A program made the position numbers and the translations under genes. From positions 37,746,388 through 37,810,387 of the forward strand of contig NC_092670.1 in the NCBI RefSeq assembly GCF_964355755.1: a stretch of DNA of 64,000 bases. The letters are read 5' to 3'. The notes beneath the pieces were generated by a model, which saw only the letters and a program-made list of their open reading frames with translations, did no database searches and was not told the DNA's origin. Shown one piece after another: positions 23,636 through 36,853 of this stretch. Every line of letters starts with the position of its first letter. Position 1 is the first letter of the stretch. Source of the DNA: Antedon mediterranea (Eukaryota; Animalia; Echinodermata).

Positions 23636-26600
23636 ATGTCTGCAAGACGGAGAAAAAGCACAACAAAGGGAACGGAAGACGAACAACCAGCCTCACCACC
23701 ATCTTCTCGGAAAGGAAAACATAAATCAACCGGTCAAGAAGGAGCTGGGGGTAAACGCCCATTCAGAAGTTGTGAGAAAGCACGGTGCCCAGCCAAGAAG
23801 CCTATCTGCTTTGCAGGCTCAGAAAGGTAGTTGGTTAAAAAAATTACTAAATTAAATACAGATATATACAATGCTTCTTGTTTGGTATTACTATTATGCA
23901 AATGCTATGTGAATGTATAGATAAAGTATGTTTCTTAAATATTTGTTTGTTTGTCTGTCCGCAGGTGTGCAGGGGACGGATACACCTCAAGGTGGTACCA
24001 TTTATCAGCCGGAGAACACTTCTGTAATGAGTGTTTTGATTACTATTATAGAAGGTACCTAAAGCTCATATTTGGGCATATCACTACCATATTTGGGCAT
24101 ATCACTACCATATTTGGGCATATCACTACCATATTTGGGCATTTCACTAACATAATTGGGCACATCACACTTTTTTTGTCAAACTAGTTTGATAGTGTAG
24201 ACAGAGTTTTACAGAGGAAAGTGCCATGAAGGACTTTATAAAGTCTGTTATTTTTAAAAGTAAAAACATCATTACTATAGATTCATTTGACTTTTTGTTT
24301 CAGCCATCGAGATGGCTATAAGCTTATGTCCGCCTGGAAAAGAGAATGGAGTTCGTACGGAAAAACCGAAGCCAATCTGAAAATGTACATGGTGGATGAG
24401 GTGATGCCATACTGGGTTCAGTGTACAGTGTCAGGATGTCTAAAGTGGAGAATGTTGCCAAACGATGTCCAATTGTCAAGGGAACTGATTCAGAAATATT
24501 GCTGTGGAATGGTGCAAGTAGGAAAACAGGTATTGTAGGATTAAAGAGGTAGCATAAAAAAAAAATGTACATACATTACATATCTATCTCTCAAATAACA
24601 ACATAATACTAAATCAGCTACACAGTCTCCTCAGGATATAATAGGGAACTTTCAACTTTAACCTACGACCTATTAAGAAGGTCGACTAATATGTTTGATA
24701 ATATAAAAAAAAATTGAAGATATAGAACAGCCAATAAGATTCTATACTTTGCACAAATAAAGGAAAAGAATATTATGTTCGTAACTGTAACAAAAATATA
24801 CCAAAACTATGTTGAGTAATCGGATAAGGAAACATCCTGGTGTTCGTCCGACAAAGAGGATAAATTACCCCATTAAACCATACCCAACCCTAATCACTGA
24901 ACCTATAGCTTTACTCACCATTTTCCTAGAGGGATGTTTGTTTTTAGGTTTTGGCGACCGAAGACCAGATCTCCTCAATAAGGTGATTGTTGTAATCATG
25001 TAGGCATATGATACGGTTCATTGGGGTAGTTTATCGAAGCTGGTTTATTGTGGTTCGTTATTGGGGTTATGTCTGGTTTGATGTATGTCATTCGTTAGAC
25101 CCCTTGTATTTGTCCTTGCATATACCAATGAATTCACAGGATACAGTAGGTCATCTGAAATCCAAACCATCCTTGCAATTTTTTTTGTTTCATAATTTGT
25201 TTATAGTCAATAAATAACGATGCATGTAATCAAGAGGAGGACCATCGTGTAGAACAGACGAATGATGAAAACTGGCTGACTCTACTAATGAATCCTCCAT
25301 TATTAAAGAACTCGCCAGCCGCTCCATACCTGCAGGAATATTACCCAGACGGTGTCGGACTTAGCGCAACTTGTAAAGTTGCTACTATGGGCGTCAGAGG
25401 AGGTAATATAATTTAGCATCTTTATCATGATTCAACCATAAAAGAATCATAGTTTATTTATTTATTCAGGAAAATAAGGTATATTTACAAAATATAGAAC
25501 AAAACATAAGACAAACAAAAAGCTAAAGTTGCTTCTATGGGTGTCTTTCTCATTATCCAACCATAGAAGCATCATAGTATATATATTTATTCAGGCAAAT
25601 AAGATAAATTTACAAAATATAGAACTACAATTTATTATTCTTTATACCGGGTAGCCTCATCAGTCAAAAACTTTTCTCCCAGAGGGCCCAGTGTGTAGTA
25701 CTATGATGAGTTTGTGATAAAACAAAAATCTAAGGAAAAATCATTGCCACTAGCTGCCAAGAAAGTACTATACAGCAGTATTTCCTAGAAAGTACTATAC
25801 AGCAGTACTTCCTAGAAAGTACTATACAGCAGTACTTCCTAGAAAGTACTATACAGCAGTACTTCCTAGAAAGTACTATACAGCAGTACTTCCTAGAAAG
25901 TACTATACAGCAGTACTTCCTAGAAAGTACTATACAGCAGTACTTCCTAGAAAGTACTATACAGCAGTACTTCCTAGAAAGTACTATACAGCAGTACTTC
26001 CCTAGAAAGTACTATACAGCAGTACTTCCCTAGAAAGTACTATACAGCAGTACTTCCCTAGAAAGTACTATACAGCAGTACTTCCTAGAAAGTACTATAC
26101 AGCAGTACTTCCCTAGAAAGTACTATACAGCAGTACTTCCCTAGAAAGTACTATACAGCAGTACTTCCTAGAAAGTACTATACAGCAGTACTTCCTAGAA
26201 AGTACTATACAGCATTACTTCCTAGAAAGTACTATACAGCAGTACTTCCTAGAAAGTACTATACAGCAGTACTTCCTAGAAAGTACTATACAGCAGTACT
26301 TCCCTAGAAAGTACTATACAGCAGTACTTCCCTAGAAAGTACTATACAGCAGTACTTCCCTAGAAAGTACTATACAGCAGTACTTCCTTGAAAGTACTAT
26401 ACAGCAGTACTTCCTAGAAAGTACTATACAGCAGTACTTCCTAGAAAGTACTATACAGCAATACTTCCCTAGAAAGTACTATACAGCAGTACTTCCCAGA
26501 AAGTACTATACAGCAGTACTTCCTAGAAAGTACTATACAGCAGTACTTCATAGAAAGTACTATACAGCAGTACTTCCTAGAAAGTACTATACAGCAGTAC

Positions 26601-29600
26601 TTCCTAGAAAGTACTGTACAGCAGTACTTCCTAGAAAGTACTATACAGCAGTACTTCCTAGAAAGTACTATACAGCAGTACTTCCCTAGAAAGTACTATA
26701 CAGCAGTACTTCCTAGAAAGTACTATACAGCAGTACTTCCTAGAAAGTACTATACAGCAGTACTTCCTAGAAAGTACTATACAGCAGTACTTCCTAGAAA
26801 GTACTATACAGCAGTACTTCATAGAAAGTACTATACAGCAGTACTTCCTAGAAAGTACTATACAGCAGTACTTCCTAGAAAGTACTATACAGCAGTACTT
26901 CCTAGAAAGTACTATACAGCAGTACTTCCCTAGAAAGTACTATACAGCAGTACTTCCCTAGAAAGTACTATACAGCAGTACTTCCTAGAAAGTACTATAC
27001 AGCAGTACTTCCTAGAAAGTACTATACAGCAGTATTTCCTAGAAAGTACTATACAGCAGTATTTCCTAGAAAGTACTATACAGCAGTACTTCCCTAGAAA
27101 GTACTATACAGCAGTACTTCCCTAGAAAGTACTATACAGCAGTACTTCCTAGAAAGTACTATACAGCAGTACTTCCCTAGAAAGTACTATACAGCAGTAC
27201 TTCCCTAGAAAGTACTATACAGCAGTACTTCCTAGAAAGTACTATACAGCAGTACTTCCTAGAAAGTACTATACAGCAGTACTTCCTAGAAAGTACTATA
27301 CAGCAGTACTTCCTAGAAAGTACTATACAGCAGTACTTCCTAGAAAGTACTATACAGCAGTACTTCCTAGAAAGTACTATACAGCAGTACTTCCTAGAAA
27401 GTACTATACAGCAGTATTTCCTAGAAAGTACTATACAGCAGTACTTCCCTAGAAAGTACTATACAGCAGTACTTCCCTAGAAAGTACTATACAGCAGTAC
27501 TTCCTAGAAAGTACTATACAGCAGTACTTCCCTAGAAAGTACTATACAGCAGTACTTCCCTAGAAAGTACTATACAGCAGTACTTCCCTAGAAAGTACTA
27601 TACAGCAGTACTTCCTAGAAAGTACTATACAGCAGTACTTCCTAGAAAGTACTATACAGCAGTACTTCCTAGAAAGTACTATACAGCAATACTTCCTATG
27701 TGTTTTCATTTTGATTGTCTTTTGTTTATTCGTGTGTTGTACTTTTAAAAATAATATACTGTAATTAAAATTTCTCAAGTTTATATTCACAGCGCAACAA
27801 AACTTCCCCTAAAATACCCATAAATAAAAATATTAATGAAATATTTTTTATTACCTTACTGTATAATATATAATTACCATAAATAAAAATATTAATAAAA
27901 TATATTTTATTGCCTTACTGTATATCCTGTGTTATTGGATGTGAACTGACTTCCTTTCGTTATTTTCATTTTTGTTCCCTTTATTTTAGGTCTATCGGAT
28001 GAACACAGTGAAGGTATAGTATTGTTTCTGATATCATATCCTCTAATTGCACAATTAAAATTGTTTAATTAGCAAAATTGATAATATACTTGTATATTAG
28101 TCTTGTTTATTTTATTTCATTTATATGTAATTTTACTTTTTATGGACCAGAGATTCCGAAATAAAAGATTGAATGAATGAATTAAACTCTGTCTACACTA
28201 TCAAACTAAACAAAAAATATGGTAGGGATTATGCCCAAATATGGTAGTGATATGACATCATCATGTTCATATATGGGCACGTCACTTTTTTTTTGTCACA
28301 TAAAGTTTGATAGTGTAGGCAAAGCTTTAGGGTTGTTTATTTTACCTAATGTACCATTTACTGTTGAGTCAAAAAGTCATTCTTTACACACTCATGCTTA
28401 TATGAGCATGCATAATCACATGACACTGGAAAACAAAAGGTCGCTAAAATATGCGCTCAGTTTAAGACTTCAGTATTGTACTTTTGTCTTTGCTTGTAAA
28501 ATAATACAATTTCTGTTTGTAGATCTGCATCCATATTTTCAACCGTTTTACCAGCCAGAAGAAAATGGCAAAGCATTGTGTGTACGACCAGATGTTATGG
28601 AGTACGATGAAGTTCAGGAATTTCCAGAATTTGCACGTGAACAACAAATGTACCTTGGACTTAGAAACCTTGCCCTAGCCTTATGGAATACAAACTATAA
28701 GGTTGGTTGGGTGTTCGGTGAAGAAATTTAGTATCAAAACGACACGGATTGTACTGAGAAGGTTTTAAACTATTTGGTTGGGTGTTCGGTGAAGAAATTT
28801 AGTATCAAAACGACACAGATTGTACTGAGAAGGTTTTAAACTATTTGATTGGGTGTTCGACGGAGAAATTCAATATCAAAATGACCTGAATTCTACTGGG
28901 AAGGTTTTAAACTATTTGGTTGGGTGTTCGACGGAGAAATTTAGTATCAAAATGACTTGAATTGTACTGGAAAGGTTTTAAACTATTTGGTTGGGTGTTC
29001 GGCGGAGAAATTTAGTATAAGAATGACTTGAATTGTACTGAGAAGGTTTTAACTATTTGGTTGGGTGTTCGACGGAGAAATTTAGTATCAAAATGAATTG
29101 AATTGTACTGGAAAGGTTTTAAACTATTTGGTTGGGTGTTCGGCGGAGAAATTTAGTATAAGAATGACTTGAATTGTACTGGGAAGGTTTTAACTATTTG
29201 ATTGGGTGTTCGACGGAGAAATTTAGTATCAAAATGACTTGAATTGTATTGGAAAGGTTTTAAACTATTTGGTTGGGTGTTCGGCGGAGAAATTTAGTAT
29301 AAGAATGACTTGAATTGTACTGAGAAGGTTTTAACTATTTGGTTGGGTGTTCGACGGAGAAATTTAGTATCAAAATGACTTGAATTGTACTGGAAAGGTT
29401 TTAAACTATTTGGTTGGGTGTTCGGCGGAGAAATTTAGTATAAGAATGACTTGAATTGTACTGGGAAGGTTTTAACTATTTGGTTGGGTGTTTCGGCAGA
29501 GAAATTTAGTATCAAAATGACCTGAATTGTACTGGAAAGGTTTTAAACTATTTGGTTTGGGTATTCGGCGGAGAAATTTAGTATAACAATGACTTGAATT

Positions 29601-32600
29601 GTACTGGGAAGGTTTTAAACTGCATTTGAAAAAACCACCAGGAGGGGTTGTGTGAGGTATCAACATGAGTGTACTGAGAAGGTTTTAAACTACTTGACTG
29701 GTTTCTACTCTGGGTCAGGTTTTTCTTCTAGAGATATTATATCTACTTCTAATCTATTATTTATTGTTTTTTTACAGAAAGTTGTTACAGTAGAAATGTG
29801 TGTTGAGCATTTGATTGTGCGTGGTCTTGTACGAATAGTATGCTCTAGATACCTCAAAGTCTTCCTAGCATTCTTAACCAAGAAAGGTTTGGTGAACTCG
29901 GGACTAATGCAGAACCCTCATCTCATTAAAGACATTATAGCAGAAAACTCTAAGCCTGTAAGACTCTTATTACTGTAATATTTTTAAGAATAATCGTTTC
30001 ATGATATGAATATGGTATGAGTGGTCGGGTGGTTAAGACAGTGGAACCGTAATTACGTAGCCATAACATCAATAAGGGTTTAAGGCTCACTCACTCCATG
30101 GTTCTGATAGTAGAACAAGTCTTCTTGGACAAGGACTGTAAACCATAGGTCCAGTGTACACATCTAGCTCATGTGCGTTTTAAAGAACCTAGTACATCTT
30201 TTGAGACGAGTAGGGTGTTACCCCGATGTACTAGTACACACACAGCCACTGATCATATCTGGGCCCTCTGGGAGACCAGTCTTTGATGAGAGCGCATTGT
30301 CTTGTAGTAATTTATAGTCAGTAAAGTTTATTTTTTTTAAGTTTGTACATAATTTTATAGTACAGTACTGTTGTTTGGAATTTGTACTAATTTTTTATAT
30401 TTTATTTCAGGATTCTGTGATAATAATTGGCGCAGGACCATCGGGCCTGGCAGCTGGAAGGCAACTTCAGAACTTTGGGGCAAATGTCACTATGCTCGAA
30501 TCTAGAAATCGCATCGGGGGCAGAATATGGGATGATAAAAGTTTAGGGGTGTGTGTTGGGAAAGGTGCTCAGATAGTCAATGGGTGCATTAATAACCCTA
30601 TTGCACTGATGTGTGAACAGGTATTTGTAATTCTCTTATTTAAAATATTAATAAATAAATGATATATATATAAAAGGCAGCTCAATCCATTTATTTTATA
30701 TATAATAATAAAACATTAAACAATTTGCTCATAATGGGTCTAAAGCTCTGCCTGCACTATAAACTAGTTTGTAGTGTTAAATGTGCCTAAATATGGTAGT
30801 GATATGCTCAAATATGGTAATGATATGATCATCATGTCCATATATGGGCACAACACATTTTGTTGTCACATAAAATTTGATAGTATAGACAGAGCTTTAC
30901 AAGGCATTGCCTGAATTAGCTACCCTACCCCAAAAACTATATACACATTCCCTCAATAATTTATGGAAGTCCAGCAGAAACAAACATACCAGTCTTTGTG
31001 TTTATGTAACAACATTCTGAGTGAATTGTTATAACTTACTTGTAAATCATGTACAGGTGGTATAGGTTTTTTATATTTACACACCGGCGCCTCACAGGGT
31101 GGTCTCCCTTCCGATACAATTTATATTTATTTATTATTGTTTCTATTAGTTTCTTTGCTGTTTTTAAACCCCAAATAAGTATATACACTTTCCTCAATGA
31201 TTCATGGAATGAAGGAAGTCCAGCAGAAACAAACATAGTAGTGTTATGTATAAATTATTATAACATGCTTGTAAATCATGTATAGTGTTCAATATTTTAG
31301 ACAGAGGCGAAAAGGTGAAACCACCTTGTGAGGCACCTCTGATACAATTTATTGATCTTTCTATTAGTTTCTCTGCAGAAACATCAATCAAATCTTCCAG
31401 AATTTAACATGAAATAGTTTTACATAATAAAACAATAAAGCATTTTCACTATTGGAAAGAAAATCAATCAAAAAATAAAAATTACACTTAAAAATTTGGC
31501 TAAGATATCCTCAATAATTGAGTTAGCGTTTATAAGTAGAACATCTCTTGAACCATAAATTACTGAAATAAAAACTTGTAGTAAAAGAATTTATATAATA
31601 TTTTGTATCAAAAGAGCATTTCCTAAAATATTTGATCAATTAATATTACATAAGTTCTGAAGATAATATGTGCTATACTGTGTTGTACGCAAATGAGTGT
31701 AAGCATATAGCCAAGTAAATGTAGTGTATTGTTTTTATAGGCTGGTATTAAAATGCGAAAGATGCATATAAGATGCGACCTCGTAGAAGAGGATGGATCT
31801 GTGACCGATACGACCGTTGATAAACGTGTTGATTTCCATTTTAACGCAATGCTTGATGCTATTGCAGAGTGGCGGAGAGACAATGAAAATAAACTAGATG
31901 ACTTATCTCTCGCTAGTAAGAATTATAAGAGTCATTAAAGATGTATTGTCCCATAAAAAATTAATTTTTTACATTTTTGTTGTTGAATATGCCATTTTAT
32001 TATCGCATCATAGTTATCTACTTTAAAAAAAATTGAATTGAAAAAAAATTTATTTAAAAAAACTGTAATTTATAGCAAAAAATAGTCAAATTAGCTGCCA
32101 TCCAATGGGTTTTTGGTTGAATTTTACCATTTATTTATATGGGAAAACATTTTTGCAGAAGGTATTAACTTTATTAAAACTTCAAAATGGTCTGATTTTA
32201 TTAATCTTCATTTTTCATGTTTTGGGGGACAATACATCTTTAATAAATTAAAACTAAAAAAAAATTCCTGACCTTGGGACAGCACCAATAAAATAAAGTC
32301 TTAAATAGCTACTGCTAACCAAGCTTGATTTATTGAGAGATTTCGATTTGCGATCACCAACTATTTACCAAGGTCAGGTCAATCGGTGCATTGTTGGTCA
32401 TTGTGTGGGGTATGAGGAAACGCGTCCCAATATCCCCGTTTGCGCATAGTTGAATTAACATGACATAGTTTGGTCGAAAGCTCATTATTATCAATTGATT
32501 GCTGTAAGCCCTCAACACCTACCTGACCAACAAACCCACCTCAATCCCATAAGTTGCTTCTGCCTTCTTGCAACTTTAACATGACTATGTGTTTTGATTT

Positions 32601-35600
32601 TTTAAATTCTATGTTGTAGAAAAATTACAAGAAATGCATGAAACATTTATTGAAGAAACTAGTTTGAAATTCACAGCAAAGGAGGAGCGCTTGTTCCAAT
32701 TCCACATAAGTAATTTAGAGTATGCATGCGGATGTGATCTATCAAAGGTAAACAAGCATCTTAAAAGTAGAACCTATTATAAATTGTCCCCTTAATAGGG
32801 GTGTCCCATAAATAGAGTTTGAGTATTTAGTCCTTAAACAAAATACTATTGCTCCTTGTTCATTGGAAAAGTGACCCCCCCCCCCCCCCCCAAAGCCTGG
32901 TTTCCATTAAAATCGCTACAGCGTTTCCATTAAAATCGCTACACGCGCAAATGTCGTCGACGCAATCGGGAAGGCTCCCCGATTCATCTCAGTCAAATCG
33001 GCAAAGTTCAACCATGTTCAACTTTGTCGGCGATGAATCGTATACGCGTACCAAAGAATATTTAGCACTCGCGTACTAGATCCCCGATAAATTCTAGCGT
33101 TTCCATAGAATCGCTAGGCTCTGTCGTGTAGCGATTTTATGTAAACCAGGCTTTAGGGATTTTCCAAAGGATGTGTTTAAAGCTATGTCTACACTATCAA
33201 ACTAATTTGACAAAAATGTGTGATGTGGCCAAATATAGTAGTGACATGCCCAAATATGGTACTGATATGACATTATGTCCATATATTGGCAAATCACATT
33301 AAGTTTGATAGTGTAGACAGAGCTTTACTGTATGTGATGTACTGTTCAATAACGTTTGTGCCCTAATGGCTTTTAACATGCAGTTCATACATTGTATACA
33401 GATCTCCAGTATATCATTTAATTAATTGGTACATTGTTATTGTTATTGATGTTTTTTATTTATGTGGATATTTTTCTAGGTTTCATCTCTGTACTGGGAT
33501 CAAAATGAGAACTTTGCCCAGTTTGCAGGTGACCACACCCTTATTGAAGATGGTTATATGGCTGTTATCAATAAATTAGGTGATGGCCTCGATGTAAGAC
33601 TTAATACAGCGGTAAAGTCCATTGACTATACAGGAAAGGATGTCATAGTACAGACGGATGATGGGAAGACGTTTAAAGCACAGAAGGTAAGCATCTTAAG
33701 CTCTGTCTATACTATTGAACTGGTTTGACAAAAAAAGTGTGATGTGCCAAAATATGGTGGTGATGTGACATCATTATGTCCATATATGGGCACACAAGTT
33801 TGATAGTGTAGACAGAGCTTTAGGCCTTAAAAAATTATTAAGTTGCCTGACCGACCCAAATTTTGATCAAATCTAGAAAAAATGAGAAGTAATTTTTGAA
33901 ACTTGAAATTGCATGTATGAGTGAGTTTTATTTTTTAAATAATTAAAAAAAAAAAATTTTAAACAATGTTTTACGAGGGTGGTCCATCCAGCTGAAGCTG
34001 ATCATTAGGGACCCTAAAGAAAAACAATATAACATTACATTTTCTAGGAATTATTTATATCATTACCACAAATTCAGCAAAAAAAAGGGTGGCCTACTGG
34101 CCTGTTTATTCTTTCTTTTTTGGTCAGATTAACGCAAACTTAAGAATTTAAGAAAGGTGAAGAGAATCTCATTTAAGAATTCTTGGTTAAAATTATCTGA
34201 AAATAACGTTTGCTTATTTCTGTTTATTAGAAAACAACATTTCTTAAAAAATAATAATTGCATATCAATTGCATTTCATAGGTTCTTGTTACCGTTCCAC
34301 TGTCGATACTTAAAAGGAATCTAATCAGTTTTAAACCAGCTCTACCAACTCGAAAGCAAGAAGCTATTAATTGCCTAGGTGCTGGAATTATTGAAAAGGT
34401 AAAAGAAAAACGAATTTAAAAGATGGCTAAATTATTTTTGTGATGTATTTTGTGTTGATAAAATTAGTTGAGGTGAGAATATGGTGATAAGAATGGATGT
34501 TGCTATGCTAACAGTAATATAAATTTGACTAGTCTGTTAAAAATTAACTTAAGCTCTGCCTACACTATCAAAATAGTTTGAAAAAAAAAGTATGATGTGC
34601 CCAAATAAATGACATTGATATGCCAACAAGTGATATGACATCATCATGTCCATATATGGGCACATCAAATTTTTCATAAAGTTTGGTAGTGTAGACAGAG
34701 CTTTAGAGTAAAAATGTTTTTTAGACGGTTTTTAACTATGACGTTTTTTCTTCTTCGAGATTTTATGTTACAAACTTGTTTTGTTTCTTATTGCTTCATT
34801 TAGATTGGGCTTCAATTTCCATCACGTTTTTGGAGTAAAAAAGTAATCGCAACAGATTACTTTGGGCACATTCCGCCAGCAGTTGATAAAAGAGGAATGT
34901 TTTCTGTTTTTTATGACATGACACCACCGGTAAGATATCTAGATTATTGTTTAAAATGTATTTTAATTTCCCTTTTTATTTTATGAACTGAAATATCTGA
35001 TATCATAGACTATTTTTTTTCGTTTTTCTTTGGGTATTATTTCAATAAAGATAGAATTCGTACGGCAGTCTTAAGAGACAAATCATTAGAAATTTTAACA
35101 TTAAGATCGTTACAAACAAATAAACCAAGACCACTTCCAATTTCAGTTTGTCTATTTTTATGAAGAAAAGAATAATTATTTAAAAATGTTTTTTGCATTG
35201 TATTGTTTAACCACGTCTCAGACAACCCAATAATAGAGGTGTATTCAAAGAACTTTTAAGTTTAAGTTTTTTTTAAAAAGTATTCAAGGGAGGAATCAAA
35301 TAAAGAAAGACTTACAAGGACATGTAGACACTAACACAATAACAAACAATCCTGCCATAAACAGACAAAAATGTGGAAACATTGTGGAAAGCGTAATGTC
35401 GGAAGACCGAAAACGTTAAGAAGAAGAAGAAGAGTTCATTAGGCAAGCTTCGAACGTTGAGATGGAAGAGTGAAAGTTTATTACTAAAAGATGTAAAATT
35501 GATCAATATTAAAATATGAACAGTCATCTAGCATACATGATAAAGCTGATAAAGATAGAGATAATTGATAATGATCTGTGTAATCATTTATAATGCTCCG

Positions 35601-36853
35601 TGTATTATATAGAGTAAAAGTTTGAAATTAAACAATATTTTGTTTGATGTTAGAGGAGCTTTGAGAATGAGCATGTGTTGATGACGGTAGTTAGCGGCGA
35701 AGCTGTACAACTAGTACAATCAAAGACTGACCAAGAGGTTATAGATGAATGTCTAAGGTGCTTACGAAACATGTTCCCAGATGAGGTATGTAGGCAAACC
35801 ACTGATCTAGGCTAACCAATATGTTGTCGACAAAACAATATGATAAAAAAAATTGAAAAAAATAAAAAAACCTTTTTGTTTTGTTTGGGCCAGTGAGTAT
35901 GCATGTAGCGCAGTGTGTTGGAAGTTGGATTACTGATCATGAGTTACTTATATCCTAAGGCAGGACACTTACGTTTGCCTCTCTCCACCCAGGTGTATAA
36001 TGGGTAGAACAAGACACATTTTGCGCTGATTACTAGGTGCATTATGGCAGTATAATATTTCCATACGTGTTTGATCCAATGGTCAGGATAATAATTTGAA
36101 GCGCTTAGAAGCAATAAGCGTTATATAGGAACGAAAATTATTATTGTTATCAATGCAAAGGAGCCAATCCATTTTGATGTTCATTGATGGCAGAAAAGAG
36201 CTAATGCCATTTTAGTAGTAGATGATAATTAATTCAAGCTTGTTTTTATTTTTAGTAATAAGAGAGAATGAATGTTTTTAACCTCGACATGTTATGGTTG
36301 CCCCATTAATGGCTGAGGATGTCTCTTTTTTAGGATGTTCCAAACCCAACAAATTTCTTTGTAACCCATTGGCATAAGGATCCTCATGCTTTGATGGCGT
36401 ACAGCTACATTGGTATAGGAGCTAGTGGAGAAGCCTACGAGATCATTGCAGAATCCATAAACAATAAGGTGTTCTTTGCTGGAGAGGTAAGCACCAATTT
36501 ATTTTATTATTGATGTCACCTGTATGCAAATTATTTTTTGATAATAACTTTGTTTATCCTTGTAGGCAACTAACCAGCATTTTCCACATCAACTTATTCT
36601 ATTATTATTTTAAGTCACCTGTATGCAAATTATTTTATTCTAATAAACTTGTTTATCTTTGTAGGCAACTAACCAGCATTTTCCACATCAACTTATTCTA
36701 TAATTATTATTATTATTTGAAGTCACCTGTATGCAAATTATTTTATTCTAATAAACTTGTTTATCTTTGTAGGCAACTAATCGGCATTTTCCACAGACAG
36801 TAACAGGTGCGTATCTGAGTGGCATCAGAGAAGCAGCGAAAATCTGTACTTGA
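23636..36853 (+). CDS. KDM1B: Lysine-specific histone demethylase 2 (LSD2): zinc finger, CW, SWIRM and amine oxidase domains
   Basis: Exons 23636-23826, 23965-24054, 24304-24529, 25207-25402, 27990-28013 (microexon), 28523-28701, 29778-29957, 30411-30620, 31741-31915, 32620-32747, 33480-33686, 34282-34398, 34804-34929, 35654-35785, 36334-36486, 36773-36853. Motifs: [35 protein letters not shown] (CW), [19 protein letters not shown] (FAD), [25 protein letters not shown]. Confidence 0.95.
25762..27698. repeat. 27/28-bp minisatellite, about 70 units, in a KDM1B intron
   Basis: Unit cc(c)tagaaagtactatacagcagtactt. Confidence 0.97.
28185..28328. mobile_element. Family B Harbinger/Tourist-like MITE (TIR AGCTCTGTCTACACTATCAAAC)
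   Basis: About 150 bp with TAA/TTA flanks. About 19 full or partial copies in the window, near 16912, 24062, 28185, 30742, 33180, 33698, 34550, 37904, 39358, 40001, 43573, 45403, 47470, 53429, 53593, 54711, 57197, 60893 and 62257. Confidence 0.8.
28692..29695. repeat. ~60-bp minisatellite with alternating A/B units
   Basis: aaactatttggttgggtgttcgRcggagaaatttagtat...gaattgtactg..aaggtttt, about 15 units. Confidence 0.95.
30018..30290 (+). mobile_element. tRNA-headed SINE with Deu-like domain
   Basis: A-box-like tggtcgggtggttaag. The body taaaccataggtcc...ttaaagaaccta...gagtagggtgttacccc resembles the recalled AmnSINE1/DeuSINE core. Relatives at 45965-46130 (-), 44770-44810 and 44995-45090. 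Confidence 0.7.
30743..30898. mobile_element. Family B MITE
   Basis: Both TIRs present. Confidence 0.8.
31939..32239. mobile_element. Kolobok-like MITE (TTAA TSD)
   Basis: Same TIR AGATGTATTGTCCC with TTAA on both sides. Decayed relatives at about 46550-46680, 49005-49268, 49647-49886 and 60418. Confidence 0.8.
32894..33152. mobile_element. Harbinger-like MITE
   Basis: TIR AGCCTGGTTTCCATTAAAATCGCTACA / TGTAGCGATTTTATGTAAACCAGGCT followed by TTA. Confidence 0.75.
33181..33326. mobile_element. Family B MITE
   Basis: Both TIRs present. Confidence 0.8.
33699..33821. mobile_element. Family B MITE
   Basis: Both TIRs present. Starts 12 nt after a splice donor. Confidence 0.8.
34552..34704. mobile_element. 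Family B MITE
   Basis: Both TIRs present. Confidence 0.8.
35035..35510 (-). mobile_element. Decayed LINE apurinic-endonuclease fragment
   Basis: [19 protein letters not shown] and KNR...GSGLGLFV motifs in broken frames. Confidence 0.7.
35900..36145 (+). mobile_element. Decayed tRNA/CORE-like SINE with L2-type tail
   Basis: cctaaggcaggacactt..tgcctctctccacccaggtgtataatgggta, with the tail aagcgcttagaa..aagcgttatata. Confidence 0.55.
36510..36795 (+). repeat. ~100-bp tandem triplication spanning the last KDM1B acceptor
   Basis: gtcacctgtatgcaaatt...ttgtag|gcaactaa..gcattttccaca occurs three times. Confidence 0.95.

Noticed and set aside
25762-27698. CRISPR-like array of palindromic repeats (also considered 6542-6920 and 28692-29695)
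   Set aside because: Units are head-to-tail with no unique spacers, there are no cas genes, and the context is a eukaryotic intron.
32875-32891. Poly-C run as a functional element
   Set aside because: A simple homopolymer next to a MITE, and its length is unreliable.
23636-36853. KDM1A/LSD1
   Set aside because: It has N-terminal zinc-finger and CW domains and no Tower coiled-coil insertion.
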